A DNA stretch of 63,922 bases, filler included, from Olpidium bornovanus S191 (GCA_017911155.1; 31 parts of 31 records of this genome joined end to end with filler, not necessarily neighbours in it), one strand, 5' to 3'; shown: positions 1-12,499, numbered from the whole stretch's first letter. Notes: generated from the letters alone by a model not told the origin. Translations and numbers: made by a program.

Positions 1-194
1 CGTCCTGTTGAAAACAGCCCGTATTTGATCCTTGGAACAAAAAGATGAGAGGCTTGGGAAAGGAGGAACTTTCGTTTGAGGCATGCACGGTACGACTCGA
101 ATCTCGTTTTTTTTTTTTTTTTTTTTGTCCCCCTTTTTTTTTTTCCCGCCCCCCCCCCCCCCCCCCCCCTCCCGCCGGAGGGGAGAAAAAATAG

Positions 195-1046
195 CCCGCG
201 GACTTCACGCCGGTGTGCACGACGGAGCTGGGCGCCGCCGCGCGGCTGCAGGGCGAGTTCGCCGCGCGCGGGGTGAAACTCTTCGCGGTCTCCGTCGACA
301 CCGTGGACGACCACCTCCGGTGGGTCGGCGACGTGAACGAGACGCAGGGGTGCCGGGTCGAGTTTCCCCTCCTGGACGACAGCGGGCGGGCGATCAGCGC
401 CGCGTACGACATGCTGGACCACCAGGACCCCTCGAACGTCGACCGGAGCGGGGCGCCCCTGACGGTGAGGTCCGTGTTCTTCGTGGACCCGCGGAACATC
501 GTCCGCGCCGTGATCACGTACCCGGCGTCCTGCGGCAGGTAAAGACAAAGAAGAAGAAAAAAAAAAAAGAGAAAAAAAGGCGATATAAAAGCGAGATCTT
601 TCGAGCGGTCGGGGCGGCCCTGTGGGAGCGGGGAAAAACGTATCTGCCGGGGGGGCACTTGTGTGGGACGAAAATGGCGAAGAAGAAGAAGAAAAAAAAA
701 ATACCGCTCGCTTTTTTCTCTCTCTCTCTCTCTTTTCACTTTGCGCCGCAAGAAATTTCTCTGAGATTCTGAGGGTGGTGGATTCGCTTCAACTGTCCGA
801 CGCGCGGAAGGTCACGACGCCCTCGGACTGGAACCCCGGTGACGACGTGATCATTCATCCCGCGGTAAAAGACGTAAGTGTCGTTTGGCTTCCCCCCTTC
901 CCCCCCCCCCCTTCCCCCCCTCTTTACCCGGCCAGGAGTATACTTCCAGCAGAGTAATCCGCTGGTCCCTAAATCCGAATTTATACAGGACGAAGCCGAG
1001 AAGTTATTTCCCGGGTACCGGACGATCAAACCGTATCTTCGCATGA
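195..1046 (+). CDS. PRX1: 1-Cys peroxiredoxin (PRDX6/Prx1 family), partial; exons about 195-538, 753-873, 989-1046
   Basis: Contains PADFTPVCTTE (peroxidatic Cys), TVRSVFFVDP, YPASCGRNFSEILRVVDSLQL, TPSDWNPGDDV and C-terminal KPYLR. GT-AG introns restore the frame. Confidence 0.93.
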
Positions 1047-3014
1047 NNNNNNNNNNNNNNNNNNNNNNNNNNNNNNNNNNNNNNNNNNNNTTAATTAATT
1101 AANNNNNNNNNNNNNNNNNNNNNNNNNNNNNNNNNNNNNNNNNNNNCATGGGCAAGAGCAGTTGCAAACTAATCTATTTTTTGGTTTTTCTTGTCCACAA
1201 ATCGCAAGCTCTTCCTTTCCGTTAACAATTTCCGTCGCTAAATGGCAACCGCGTCCTCCGAACATCGGCGAAGCTCGGCAGGCTCCTCGTGCACTCCCGT
1301 CACGCATCGTCGCCGGTCTCTCGCGCGCTAGGTTACAGCGGCACCGATCCCAACAATAGCCACATTGGTTTTCGGCATGCGCAGTCCAAGGGTTCTCGGC
1401 AGAGAAGACCGCGACGCCGATGCCACCCCGCTCCTTTTCTTAAGCTCGTCGTGCGGCCGCGACGCCATCTCTTCTTGCCACGTTCCGTTTGTTGCCGCGG
1501 TCGACAAGCGCGTCGGCGATCCCCGTTGCGGGGCGCGGGGACAAATCGGGGCGCCAAGTCTTTCCTGGAGGGTTTGCGCGCGCGGGGGGGAGGGGGCGAG
1601 GGGGGTGTCGGAGCCGAGGCGCGCGCGGACGACAAAGCGGGCCGCTGCGGTGCGCGGGGGACAGCAGAACCGACGAGCGAGCGCGGATTCGAGACCCACG
1701 GGGCGGCGCAAGCCCGGGATGGAGCGAGAAAAGACCTGGGGAGCCGGGGAATGGGCGCTTCCGCCGCGCGCTCGATAACTTCTCGGGCGCCCGCGCACGC
1801 CCGCCACTTCGCCCCCTCTCTCCGTCCCCCTTCCCACCTTCCCCCCTTTTCGTTGGGGCTTCGGCTCGACGCGTCACCTCATTTTCTTTTCTTTCCCGCG
1901 GAGTTCGTCGTCCGCCCGCCTGCAAGCTCTCAAATCTTCCCGCCGCACTCACCACCACCGTCCGACACACCTTTAAAGTTTTTTGTTTTTATTTTTTTCT
2001 TCCTTTTTTTTTTTTTTTTTTGCGATAGGTGTTTACGGTACAATGTTTCTCCACTTTTCTGATTCCCGCATTCTACCCAATGTCGTCCGTCGCCGGCGTT
2101 TGGTACCTCTGCTTCCACTTGCCTTTTTTCTTTTTTTTTTGTGAATTATCAATTGCGTAAAAACCCAAAAGATAGCGGAGATTATCAAGCAGTGGAATAT
2201 AGATTATCGGAGGAAAGAGGCGCAGACTTCCGGTCCGGTTAGGAGTGTGGCGGGTTCTGAAGGGGTTGTGGAAGGAGGTTAGTGAGTTCCGCGTGACCCA
2301 CCGTTGCCCCAACCCCCTCCCCCAAATGGATGCGGGGCCGCTCGTTCGGGGGCACCCCCGCCCGGCGCCGCTTTCTCCTTGTTCTATAGGTTCGCCGGTC
2401 AGCCGTACGGCACAGAGCGGACGGGAGGAAAGCGTTTTGTTTATCTTGGGTCCCGTTTTCCCGCACTGCGCCTGTCTGTTTTTTATTTTTTTTCGTTCTT
2501 TCGATTCGATGTGGTTTGGGGGAAGAGGGTGGAAGCGTGCCAATCAAACGTCCGGCCGAGATGATCAATCTCAATGGGTGCCGAATGGGGCGGGGGGTGG
2601 GTGGGGAGGGGGNNNNNNNNNNNNNNNNNNNNNNNNNNNNNNNNNNNNNNNNNNNNTTAATTAATTAANNNNNNNNNNNNNNNNNNNNNNNNNNNNNNNN
2701 NNNNNNNNNNNNCATGAGTCAAACACTCCACAGGAGGCCCAGGTTTGTCTGGATTTGGAAATTCTTACTGAATGTTTTGCCGGACCAAAATCAGGCCGGT
2801 TTCGATTAGCCTAAACAATCAATGAGAATCTCGTTGAGAATTAACAGCTGACGGGACGGACGGTCGGGAGCGAGCGCGCGCGCGGTCCTCCCTTCCCCCT
2901 TCCCTCACCCGCCGTTACCCTCTCTTCGTCCCCCGCCTCGCCAGCCTCGGTGGCTCCACCGCCGTGGCGGTTTGAGAGGACGGCGAAGACGCAACCGCGC
3001 GCGCGGCAGGCAAC

Positions 3015-4165
3015 ATGTTCCGCAAGAAGAAGACCAAGCCGCTGGAGATCTCAAGCCCCTACGGGGTGGTGCACCACCAGGGCTCCCTGCCGCTGGTGCC
3101 GGCAACCGCAGGCGTCGTCGCGCCGGGTGCCGTCACAGTCGGCTCGGGCGACGTCGCAAACGCCGGCCCTCTGGCAGGCAGCGAGGACCGCGGCCCGGAT
3201 GCCGCCTCCGCTAGGGATGGCTCGCGAGTCGGCGATTACCTGAGCGGGAACTCCGCGGCTGCCGCTGGTGCTGCCGCGGAGGGCGGTCCTCCTTTTGGCC
3301 ATCCGCTTTCTCCCTGTAACCGCCTGCGGTCCGCGGCCAGCGGCACGACCGGCAGCTCGCTCTGCCTCACCCCTGGCGGCTACGAGGAAAATCCCTTCTT
3401 CACCGAATCTCTCGTTATGGTGCCCCGCGTTCCGTACGGTTCTAGATCGCACGGTGCGGGACCTGCGTCGGCTTACTCGTCGGCCAACCGGGACAGGGAA
3501 GACGGCAACCAGCTGAACCCGACGGCAGTTTTCCTGTCCACGCCGTCGTTACCTGTGAGGACACCGAGGGCAAGCAGCGCGCCGACCCGCGGCTCGCACC
3601 GTCGCCACAAGTCCTTGCATAACATGCGGCCGTACCAGTCGCTCACCCCGCCCAGCGTCTCCAGCGCGTTGGAATCGAGTGCGTCTGGTCGCCGAACTCC
3701 GTTGGACGACATTGTCAGACCAAATCCGGACGCAGAGGTTGAGGCGATGTTTGAGGAACTGATGGTGAGCTACGGCGGAATTGTGGTACCGGATAGACAA
3801 GCGTTAGCAGGCCAACTTGGACGACTGGTGCCCCAAAGCGCCGGCCTTTCTGAGTGCCGATCTATGCGCATTGGCAAAAGGATAGGATGGGCTTCGAGGA
3901 GTCTAAGAAGTTGGGAATGCGTGTCATGTCCGTAAATTCGAAGTGGAAGTTGGTCCGGGCGCAGCGGATGAAGGAAGTGGAAGACGTAAGTCAAGGCACC
4001 GGCTGCCGTGGCGGACGTTCCGTGATTTGAAGACGCGTTTGCAAACCTCCTGATATTGGCTGAACGGCGATGTCTATGTAGGGGCAAACATTGAATAACG
4101 GCCAACCCAGCGCGAGCACGCCGGAATATTTCATCAAAAGGCTCAGCAATTTCGACCCACGCATG
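3015..4165 (+). CDS. Diaphanous-related formin, N-terminal GTPase-binding domain, partial; exons 3015-3764, 3881-3985, 4082-4165
   Basis: Spliced product ...EVEAMFEELMDRMGFEESKKLGMRVMSVNSKWKLV...STPEYFIKRLSNFDP fits the formin GBD pattern (F-E-x-L-M...K-W-x-L...P-E-Y-F/Y-I-x-x-L). Confidence 0.75.
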
Positions 4166-4265
4166 NNNNNNNNNNNNNNNNNNNNNNNNNNNNNNNNNNN
4201 NNNNNNNNNTTAATTAATTAANNNNNNNNNNNNNNNNNNNNNNNNNNNNNNNNNNNNNNNNNNNN

Positions 4266-5694
4266 CATGAACATCGGCGCGATCCAACACGTGATCGCCG
4301 CTCTCGAGCCGATTGCGCGCAAGCTCAGCACGATGGCGCCTGCCGAAAAAGCTGCATACACGCTCCCCCGGGGGCTTGGCAGCCCGTCGGAAGCGATATA
4401 CCGGCGGGTGATCCAAAGAGTTTACGACAAGGAGCGCGGGAAGGAAGTCATCGAGGCGCTGCACAAGAACCCCGCGACCGCTGTGCCCGTGGTTCTCCAC
4501 CGGCTCAAAAAGAAAGACGAAGAATGGCGTCGAGGGAAGAGGGAGTGGAACAAGGTCTGGCGCGAGATCGACGCGAAGAACTTCTACAAAGCGCTCGACC
4601 ACCAGGGCGTAAACTTCAAAGCCAACGACAAGAGGGCCATCAATACCAAGACGCTGGTCAGCGAAATAGGAGAGCGACACAGAGCGAGGCTCTGCCGGGT
4701 GCTTTCGGCCGAACTACCCGGTAAACAGCCGATCATCGCCCATGATCCCCCAGCAGGGCTGGCCCACGGCCTGCCTGACCATCCCGACTCCAAGAACGAC
4801 CTCGAGTTCAAGATGAAGGACACCGCCGTGTTCCGGCACGTCACTCGTCTGCTTAATTCGTACATGGAGCGCAGCATGAAAACCCTGCCGTCTTCGCTCC
4901 TCGACTCCGTCGTCCTTCTTTACCGCGACTTCATGCGCGAGTTCTTTCTGGTTGACGTGATTGATCCCGAGAGTCTGAGACTGCCTCGCAAGTTCCGGGA
5001 CGTCGAACCGGCAGGATCGGGTGTCAAGGAGAATGCCGAGAACGTGCCAATGGATATTGACGCGAGCTGCTCGAGTTGGAGGGACTCCGGCGGAGGGAGC
5101 AGGAGAGCCGCAAATGAGAACGGCTGTAGCACCAGCCCGGACAACAGCCCTGTGGCTGGCGTGATGATGGACGACGCTCGCCCTAGCGCCTCTCCGCCGG
5201 ATCCGAGCGGATCCGCGCGTCGTTTGGATGATGCCGGGACCGTCAAAATGGAACCGGCAGAAGACGATGTGCCTACGCTGGATATGGGGCCGTCCGGCGC
5301 AGGTGCCAGGACCGGGCCAAAGAGCGGAGTTCAACCTGAAGGCGCGCAACAGCAGCGGGAGCAGTCGCCGGCTTTTGCGTTTCCGCGGAACGAACGGCCG
5401 GTGAAAGCCTCTCCGTTTGTTGAACTCGAGGAGGAAGAGAGCGGTGGCCGGAGCTCTGGTTGGAAGGCCGAGACGTGGATCACGTGGGTTTCGACGCCGC
5501 CGAGCTTCCCGCCGAACCAACAACGTGCTGACGGGGAGCCGGCGGAGGCGGCCGGCGCGCACGGCGATGGCTCGCCAACCCCTTCTGCCACGCGTGTACC
5601 GCAGACTCCGGCGGGCGATGCGTCCTTCGGATCTCGTCAGAGCTCGGTGTTGAACTGCAACGCCAACCTGTACTGTTTTTTCAGGCTTTATGAG
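4266..5694 (+). CDS. SIN3: Sin3 transcriptional corepressor (histone-deacetylase-interacting and Sin3a_C region), partial
   Basis: IYRRVIQRVYDKERGKEVIEALHKNPATAVPVVLHRLKKKDEEWRRGKREWNKVWREIDAKNFYKALDHQGVNFKANDKR and NANLYCFFRLYE; donor GT at 5695. Confidence 0.93.
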
Positions 5695-6175
5695 GTGAGG
5701 CTTCGAAATGATGCTGCCGCGTGCGGTACGAACGTTTATGCGTCAACCGCTGAATTGGGCGCCGCTGACACAAACATGCGTTGCGCCCCAGTTGCTTTAC
5801 TCACGTGTGGAACAAATTCGATGCGTTTGTAAGAAATCCCCGGACGGCATCCCTGCCCGCGGGGTGTATAACGAAACGGCGGATCAATTGGGCAGAGTAG
5901 AGCCGCGTAAGTCACGTTTTCGAACGTTCTCCAGAGTTGGTCGTAGTGTTGAATTTACGACCTCAACGTCGGACGTGTTTGCCTGCGGCGGCGCGTCTTC
6001 TTCCGCACGCGGTTTTTTTTTTCAGTCGACAAAGACCTCTACCTTGCGATTGGCGAGGACTGCTACAATTACATGNNNNNNNNNNNNNNNNNNNNNNNNN
6101 NNNNNNNNNNNNNNNNNNNTTAATTAATTAANNNNNNNNNNNNNNNNNNNNNNNNNNNNNNNNNNNNNNNNNNNN

Positions 6176-6458
6176 AAACCAAAAAAACCAAAAAAACCAA
6201 AAAAACCAAAAAAACCAAAAAAACCAAAAAAACCAAAAAAACCAAAAAAACCAAAAAAAACCAAAAAAACCAAAAAAACCAAAAAAACCAAAAAAAACCA
6301 AAAAAACCAAAAAAACCAAAAAAAACCAAAAAAACCAAAAAAACCAAAAAAACCAAAAAAAACCAAAAAAAAAACCAAAAAAACCAAAAAAACCAAAAAA
6401 ACCAAAAAAAACCAAAAAAAACCAAAAAAAACCAAAAAAACCAAAAAAACCAAAAAAT
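6176..6458. repeat. Tandem array (AAAAAAACC)n, about 31 copies of A7C2/A8C2, at a contig end
   Basis: Directly visible 9-10 bp periodicity. Confidence 0.95.
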
Positions 6459-7092
6459 ACGCCGCGAACTGTCAAAAAAAACTCCCTTCCTTTCCGTCTT
6501 TCCTGCCTTTTGCCGATCGTGAAGTCTATTGTGATGTCGGTGTGCGACTGCCTTTCTTCCTTTCTTCCTTCCTTCCTTTCTTCCTTCCTTCCTTTTTCTT
6601 CCTTGCTCCAAAACCCTTCCGTGCTCACCTTTTGAGGACATGGAGACACTGCCCTGAACGGCCAGGCAGTTCCACAGACAGGCGGCGACACCAAGCCCAG
6701 GATCGCATATTCCGTAGATCCAGTTAAACCCACTTTCTTTTCCCCTGGGTTGGGGTTTGGCGGCTCGGCGTCGGACATGTCCACGTGTGAGGCGGGCATC
6801 CTATTTGGAGGGAAGGGGCGTACGGGCGTCCTGTTCGGAGTCTTGCGGACGCGCGGAAATTGCCTTCGGAAACGAGAGCGTTCGCCATGTGCCTCGTTTC
6901 ACTGTCGGTTGTTTTTTTTTGGCCTTGTTCTCGGTGACCGCGGGCGGTGTGGACCGGCGAAGGGAAGTCCGCGGGCCGGAAAGACAAAAAAAAAAAAAAA
7001 AAAAAAAAAAGTTGCTGCGGACGCCTTTCCCCTGCCGCGCGCCACACGTCACGCCCCAAAAACGAAAGCCGACTGGCCGCGCACACCCGCAA

Positions 7093-7805
7093 ATGGCCGC
7101 TTCGTCGTCCTCTTCGGCGGACAGCGGCGCCCGCCGCCTCCGTGCAGACCTCGCCCCGCCGGACGCCGGCGACGACGACGACCAGGCAAAGCCCGCCGCC
7201 GGCTTAGCCGACGGAGGAGCCGCGTACGAGATGCCCTGGTGAGAATCGGAAGAGAGACAGAGAGAGAGAGAGCGAGAGAGAGAGAGACAGAAAGCTCGGC
7301 TCCGGCCTGACCCTCTTCCCCGTCGCGCGCACGGTCAAGTCCGTTTCTCCGGCCGCCGCACCCGTCCGGCTCGACCATCGCAGGGGGTCTGTTCGCACCA
7401 AATACGGCGAAAATCTCGTCCCGCGCGACTGCTGCTCCTTCTGCTGACGCTTCCTCGCACCCCCCCCCCCCCCCCCCCGTCCGCCCCCCGTCGCTCGGCT
7501 CTCTCTCTCGCTCTCTCTTTCTCTCTCTTTTCTTTTTCCGCGCTTCTAGGGTTGAGAAGTAGGGCGCGGTCGAAAAGTTTTTTTTTTGCGCTGGCATTGT
7601 TTCAGGCCGGAACCCCCTGCCTTTTCCCCGTCCCGCTTTGCTTTTCGCGCGCGCGCCGGGACGGAGCGTTTACGTGCGTCGCGCGCGCCAACGTGCCCGC
7701 AGATACCGCCCGCGCAAGCTCGCGGACGTCGTCGGTAACGAGGAGATCGTCAGCAGACTGGCGGTGATCGCGCGCGAAGGGAACACGCCAAATCTGATCC
7801 TCGCG
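7093..7805 (+). CDS. RFC4: Replication factor C small subunit (yeast Rfc4 / human RFC2 type), partial; exons 7093-7238, 7550-7558 (microexon), 7703-7805
   Basis: Spliced product [42 protein letters not shown] (RFC boxes II-III). Confidence 0.92.
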
Positions 7806-8136
7806 GTGAGGTCACGGACGGTTGCCCGCTATCGCGTCCCACGTTCTCGCGGCCGGTGAAAAACCCGTTCTGTTCGTCGGCGTTTCGGCGTACACTCCTC
7901 CTGGCCTTACGCGGCGTTTTTTTTTTTTGGGGGGGGGNNNNNNNNNNNNNNNNNNNNNNNNNNNNNNNNNNNNNNNNNNNNTTAATTAATTAANNNNNNN
8001 NNNNNNNNNNNNNNNNNNNNNNNNNNNNNNNNNNNNNAAGGGGGGGGGGGGGGCCCCCCCCCCCCCCCCCCTTCTCTCCCCTTTCTCCCCGCTCCCGGGC
8101 TTTTCACGCTTTTTTCTTTTACTTTTCGCGGCGCAG

Positions 8137-9245
8137 GCGGCAATCGTCACGATGTTCGCCATCCTCGTTCTCCCGCTCACCGTTATCCTCGAGAAGCGCT
8201 TCGGCTTCAGCGAATTCTGGAGCTCCGTCTGTATCGGCGTCGTCACGTTTATTCTGATTGAGATATTTAAGACGGTCGGTCTTTTTTTTTCCTGAAGATG
8301 CTGTGGAGAAACGAGACGGGCTTACAGTCCCCCCCCCTTCCCCTCCCCCGGCTTTTTTGCACAAATTAAGGTTTACGCAAGAATAGCATTCCTTCTCACG
8401 TCGTGGGAAAACCACAGGACGCAGACGGAATTCGATGGTAAACGGCGGCAGGGGAACCGGTTTTTCCCCGGGAGGGCCTTTCCTGTTGCGGGCTGGCGTT
8501 CTATACGCCGTCGTTGCCCACAACATTCAAGGTTTGCGCTCCCGTCCTGCACCGAAAAAAACTCTCTCAGATGCTCTGATATCTAAAGCCTATCTTTTCG
8601 AGTGAGTAAAGCACCACCTAACGTCAGGTGCTCGGCGGTTTTGCGGCCGGCACGCAAACGCCAGCCCAAACTAAATAATCTGAACCCTTCACGCGCTTGC
8701 CGGCCAATACAGGTTCGTTAACAACTACGCGTGCCTTTTCTACCGTAAGCGTCGATATAAGCCGAACTTACATTTAAAAAAAAATGCGGTCCGTCCGATT
8801 GGGCTCATGTGCCGTTTTTCTAAAGTTGTCTTCATTCAGCCGACGTTCGGCGCCCGCATATTCAAGGGCGTCGATGTTCAGGAAGTTTGCCACTACGGCG
8901 ACACGTGCATGGCTGACGTGACCGTTCAGCTGGCTACCGTGAGTGGGAAACCTTCGAACGCCTAGCCCCCTTGACGCTCCGCAATCGCCGAACGCGGAAA
9001 ATCTTCGCTGATTTGGTTTCGGTGCGGGAAAAATATAATGTGCTTGGGGCAGATATTCATCAGCAAGCAGGCCGTGAGACAGGCGCAGCACGCGTTTGTG
9101 CCGTGGTGGCGAGCGAGGAAGGCGAGGCGTGAACACAGCTGGGCCGGAGGCTGGATGAAGCCGGGCAAAGCCATACCCCAATGGGAGCTGGACGAAACGC
9201 TGCCGCCGTGGAAAAAGGGCGTTTTTGAGGAGTACGACAGTATGG
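8137..9245 (+). CDS. Anoctamin / TMEM16 family channel-scramblase, internal multi-exon fragment
   Basis: Spliced product ...VVTFILIEIFKTVYARIAFLLTSWENHRTQTEFDDALISKAYLFEFVNNYACLFYLVFI...EVCHYGDTCMADVTVQLATIFISKQ...PQWELDETLPPWKKGVFEEYDSM, all anoctamin hallmarks. Confidence 0.88.
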
Positions 9246-9444
9246 GTGCGTAGTACCCGCAAAGCATTCATCTCCGCCTGACCCACCCATCCTCTCCTTT
9301 TTTTACTGCTTTTTGAGGTTCCGCGGCCTATTGGAAAAACCATGNNNNNNNNNNNNNNNNNNNNNNNNNNNNNNNNNNNNNNNNNNNNTTAATTAATTAA
9401 NNNNNNNNNNNNNNNNNNNNNNNNNNNNNNNNNNNNNNNNNNNN

Positions 9445-11522
9445 ACATGGGGATGAGGCGCAAGCCGTTGATTAAGAGGGCGAGGAAACCGACGAAAGGC
9501 AAGCAGCGGGAGAGCACGAAGCGGAACAGCACGACGGCCTGGTTCTTGATGGTTGACCGCGGCCGCGGACCGGGGTACGCCAGAGAAGCCTTGAGGGACG
9601 CGCGGAGCGGCGTCTCCAGCAGGATGAACTGGAAACGCCCGCGGTTTTGGATCAGCTCCCGGTTCAGGCACGGGGGAAACGGCGGGACGCCGAACGCGGC
9701 CGGGGTGAACACCTCGTTGGCGTCGAGGAAGACCTGCGGCCGCGGATCCGACTGCGGGTGGCCGGGACGCCGTCCGCCGCGCGCTTCGGCGTCATCTGGC
9801 GCCGATTCCTCAAAGGCAAAGCACGACTCGTCGTTCAATTTCAACTCGGGGGTGATTGGTGACGCGCCTGCGCGTTCGTCCGCTGGTTGACTCGGGCTCT
9901 GGCTCCGTTCGAGCCCTGCCTCTGAGGCCAGCGAACCGGGACAGGGAGGCGGCGTCACGTATGCATACTTCATTCTGCACGGCGCCGAATCCCCATACGA
10001 CATCTCCACCACGTCTCCTTCCACAAGCAAGACAGCGGGCAGGGTCCTGATGACGTTATCCCTCAGGACTTTCCCTACAGTGACAGAAGGAACTGTTGGT
10101 ATCCTGATATCCTGCGAAGGGGTTCCGTTTTTCCATTATTGTCGGTCCACCGACGTCGACGTCTGGCGCACCGCAAAATTATCCGGCGCGGCAAGCCCCT
10201 AGGCTATGGCATAACCCGTCGGAATGTTCCGCATAACGGGCGCCACGCACCTGCACTACCCCCATTCCTGCCTTCTCAAGGGAACCAATGACCGTTTTCG
10301 CGCGGTCAGCTATTTCGTGCACAGCGAGCGCCCTTTCTCGGGCAAAGAGCCAAGCGTTCAAGCCCAGCAAGACTAGCAATATGGTTGCCTCCGCGAGTGT
10401 CCCAGTGTATCGCTTCTGGTATGGAGAAGACGCCATGGAACCGTACACGTAGAAACTCAGAAGCAGGACGATGACCAGCACATGCAACAGGAACAGCGGG
10501 TGGCGGACGTATTCGACTAGGGCTTTAGGTGCAAAGAGCGGGTTAAGCATGAGAGGCGTACAAAGCGATCGTCGAATCCGGGGGGGACGGGTGCGGCGTG
10601 CGCGTTCAGCGGCCGCCGTTACCGGAATCTTACACTCGTATTTTCTGTCGGAAACCTTCTTAAACTTCTGGAGCACGTCTTCGGCGACGCCGAGCAGCTT
10701 CTCGAGCGCAACCTTGCTACTCAGGCCTGTCGTCCTCGAGCCGAGGTCCGTTGCCGGCGGAGTGATGACGAGGTCCTTTGACCAGCCGGGAATCATCAAC
10801 GTTTCGTAGTCGTCCGTGTATATCTGCACGGTCGCAGGCACCGTTCCCGCTTTTCGGCTCTTGGTCCTGCTTTGCGACCGACGGGACCTCGACCGCCTAT
10901 TTCTGTGCCGTTCCCTGGGCCTGCGGGACCCGTCCGCACCATCTCGGCAACCCGCTTCCTCGGCCTCTTCAGGGCCGCGCTGCGCCGCCGCCCGGAAAGG
11001 CCGCGGGGCGGAAGGCATTGGCGCGGCGTCGGACGCGCGGGCGCCGTCGTTGCTCTCCAGGTCGCTGGAGGCCGCGCTGGACGGGCTTGCCAGCTCGACC
11101 ATGGCGTACTCGCCGCCACTGGACGTGCTGGAGCACGTGATGTTTTTGACTACGGAAACCCTGGTGGTGAGGGTGACCTTGGCGTCTGACGACAGGTAAT
11201 TCTTTGGCGGTGGTCTCAGCTGCCGCGAAGAAGAAAAACCCCCCGCGCCCGCGGCGGACGACGCGGCCGGTGTGCCGGCTTCGGCAGGCGTTGCCAGGGC
11301 CGCGGCCGCGGCCGTCGCCGGAGCTGCCGCCGGGCAGGCCAATTTCGCAGCGGAGCCGCTTCCGCTTCGAACCGGCTGCGGCGCCGCTGCGGCGGCGGCG
11401 GCGCCGGAGAGGGTTCGCAGCGACTCAACGGACTGTTTCTCGGCGCCGAGAAGCTCCTTCCGCGAGCTGTCCTCGTCGTCCGGCAGCGTCAGCCCCAGCT
11501 TTTCGGTGGGCTTCCTCGGCAT
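9445..11522 (-). CDS. TMEM94: TMEM94 (KIAA0195/ERMA)-like P-type-ATPase-related membrane protein, N-terminal part; exons 11522-10251 and 10111-9445
   Basis: Two TM helices, then LRDNVIRTLPAVLLVEGDVVEMSYGD and FQFILLETPL...RPRSTIKNQ...LINGLRLI. These parallel the TMEM94 segments RDG..VNLPVSLLVEGDII and FRVLETP...RP.T.L.N...ITNALRF as recalled from memory. Confidence 0.78.
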
Positions 11523-12499
11523 CAAAAGCGGGCATCCACGCCCCTCCCCTCCCGTCCCTCCCTCGCGCGTTTCCCTGCTCCTGCGTAGGGCCCGAAGAGG
11601 GCGAGTGTCGGTGCGGAAAAAAAAAAAAAAGGATTTGACGTGTGTGCTGTGTCTGTTCTGTAGGCGTGGCGGCCGAGGGGCCGGCTGATCCCGGACTAGC
11701 CTGGATTTTTTTTTTTTTTTTTTTGTCTCGCTGCACTGCCATGTTGTCATGCACCTCTCGAATTCAACTTGGGTGAGCTCGTCGAGCTCCGGCTCGAGAG
11801 CGCAGCAGGCCTACAGGCCCAACCCCCGGCCTACAGGCGACCCCCATGGGACCTGCAGAGAGTCCTGCGGTGGGGCTCTGTTGCGACCAGATGGGCGGGG
11901 AGCGTACCTGTGTGTGTTTGTGCTCGTTGGAGTGTGGCCGGGAAAAGGTGGTAGAATGTGGCGTTCTGCCGGGTCTGATCGGTTCTACCCTGTGTGCGGG
12001 TCGAGCAATGGGCCAACTTGGTAATCCACTTATATACCGCCGTGGTCTCAGGTTCCTCGCTGGTAATGGCGACCAGTCTTTGAGGTAAAGCGAGGGCGGG
12101 CCGCCTTCAATCGTTCTGACCAAAGAGTGACAGTGACAAAGCCCTCGTTCACGCCGATGCTCGCACTGCGCTTCCGCATTTTTATTGTGATGTATGCTGG
12201 TTATGCACAATGTGGGCAAAAGTGGACTTCACGCCCCGTGTGAGTACTCCACTCGGTACCGATGGGGCTTGTGAGTAAACTGCGCCCACATTGCATGGCG
12301 CTGTGCGATCTGCGCACGACGGGGCTCTTACGTGTCAATGGTCTCGGCGACCACTGGCCGATTTCTCTTTATTTACCTTCTATTCAGTTCATTGTTGTTT
12401 TTTGAGGCGTTTTTTTTTCGGGTGGAGGCAGGCAAGGAAGGCAATGGATGGTCGGCGACGGCCGGAAACCGAAACGGGCGTAGCATATTTCAAAGCTCG

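Noticed and set aside
1147-2612. Minus-strand MPKTNVAIVGIGAA, resembling a Rossmann/ThiF start
   Set aside because: It stops immediately, and no splice path gave a GxGxxG or other downstream motif.
6624-6800. Possible minus-strand exon divergent from RFC4 (DARLTRGHVRRR...NWIYGICDP or MSDAEPPNP...)
   Set aside because: Two frames are equally plausible and no family was recognised.
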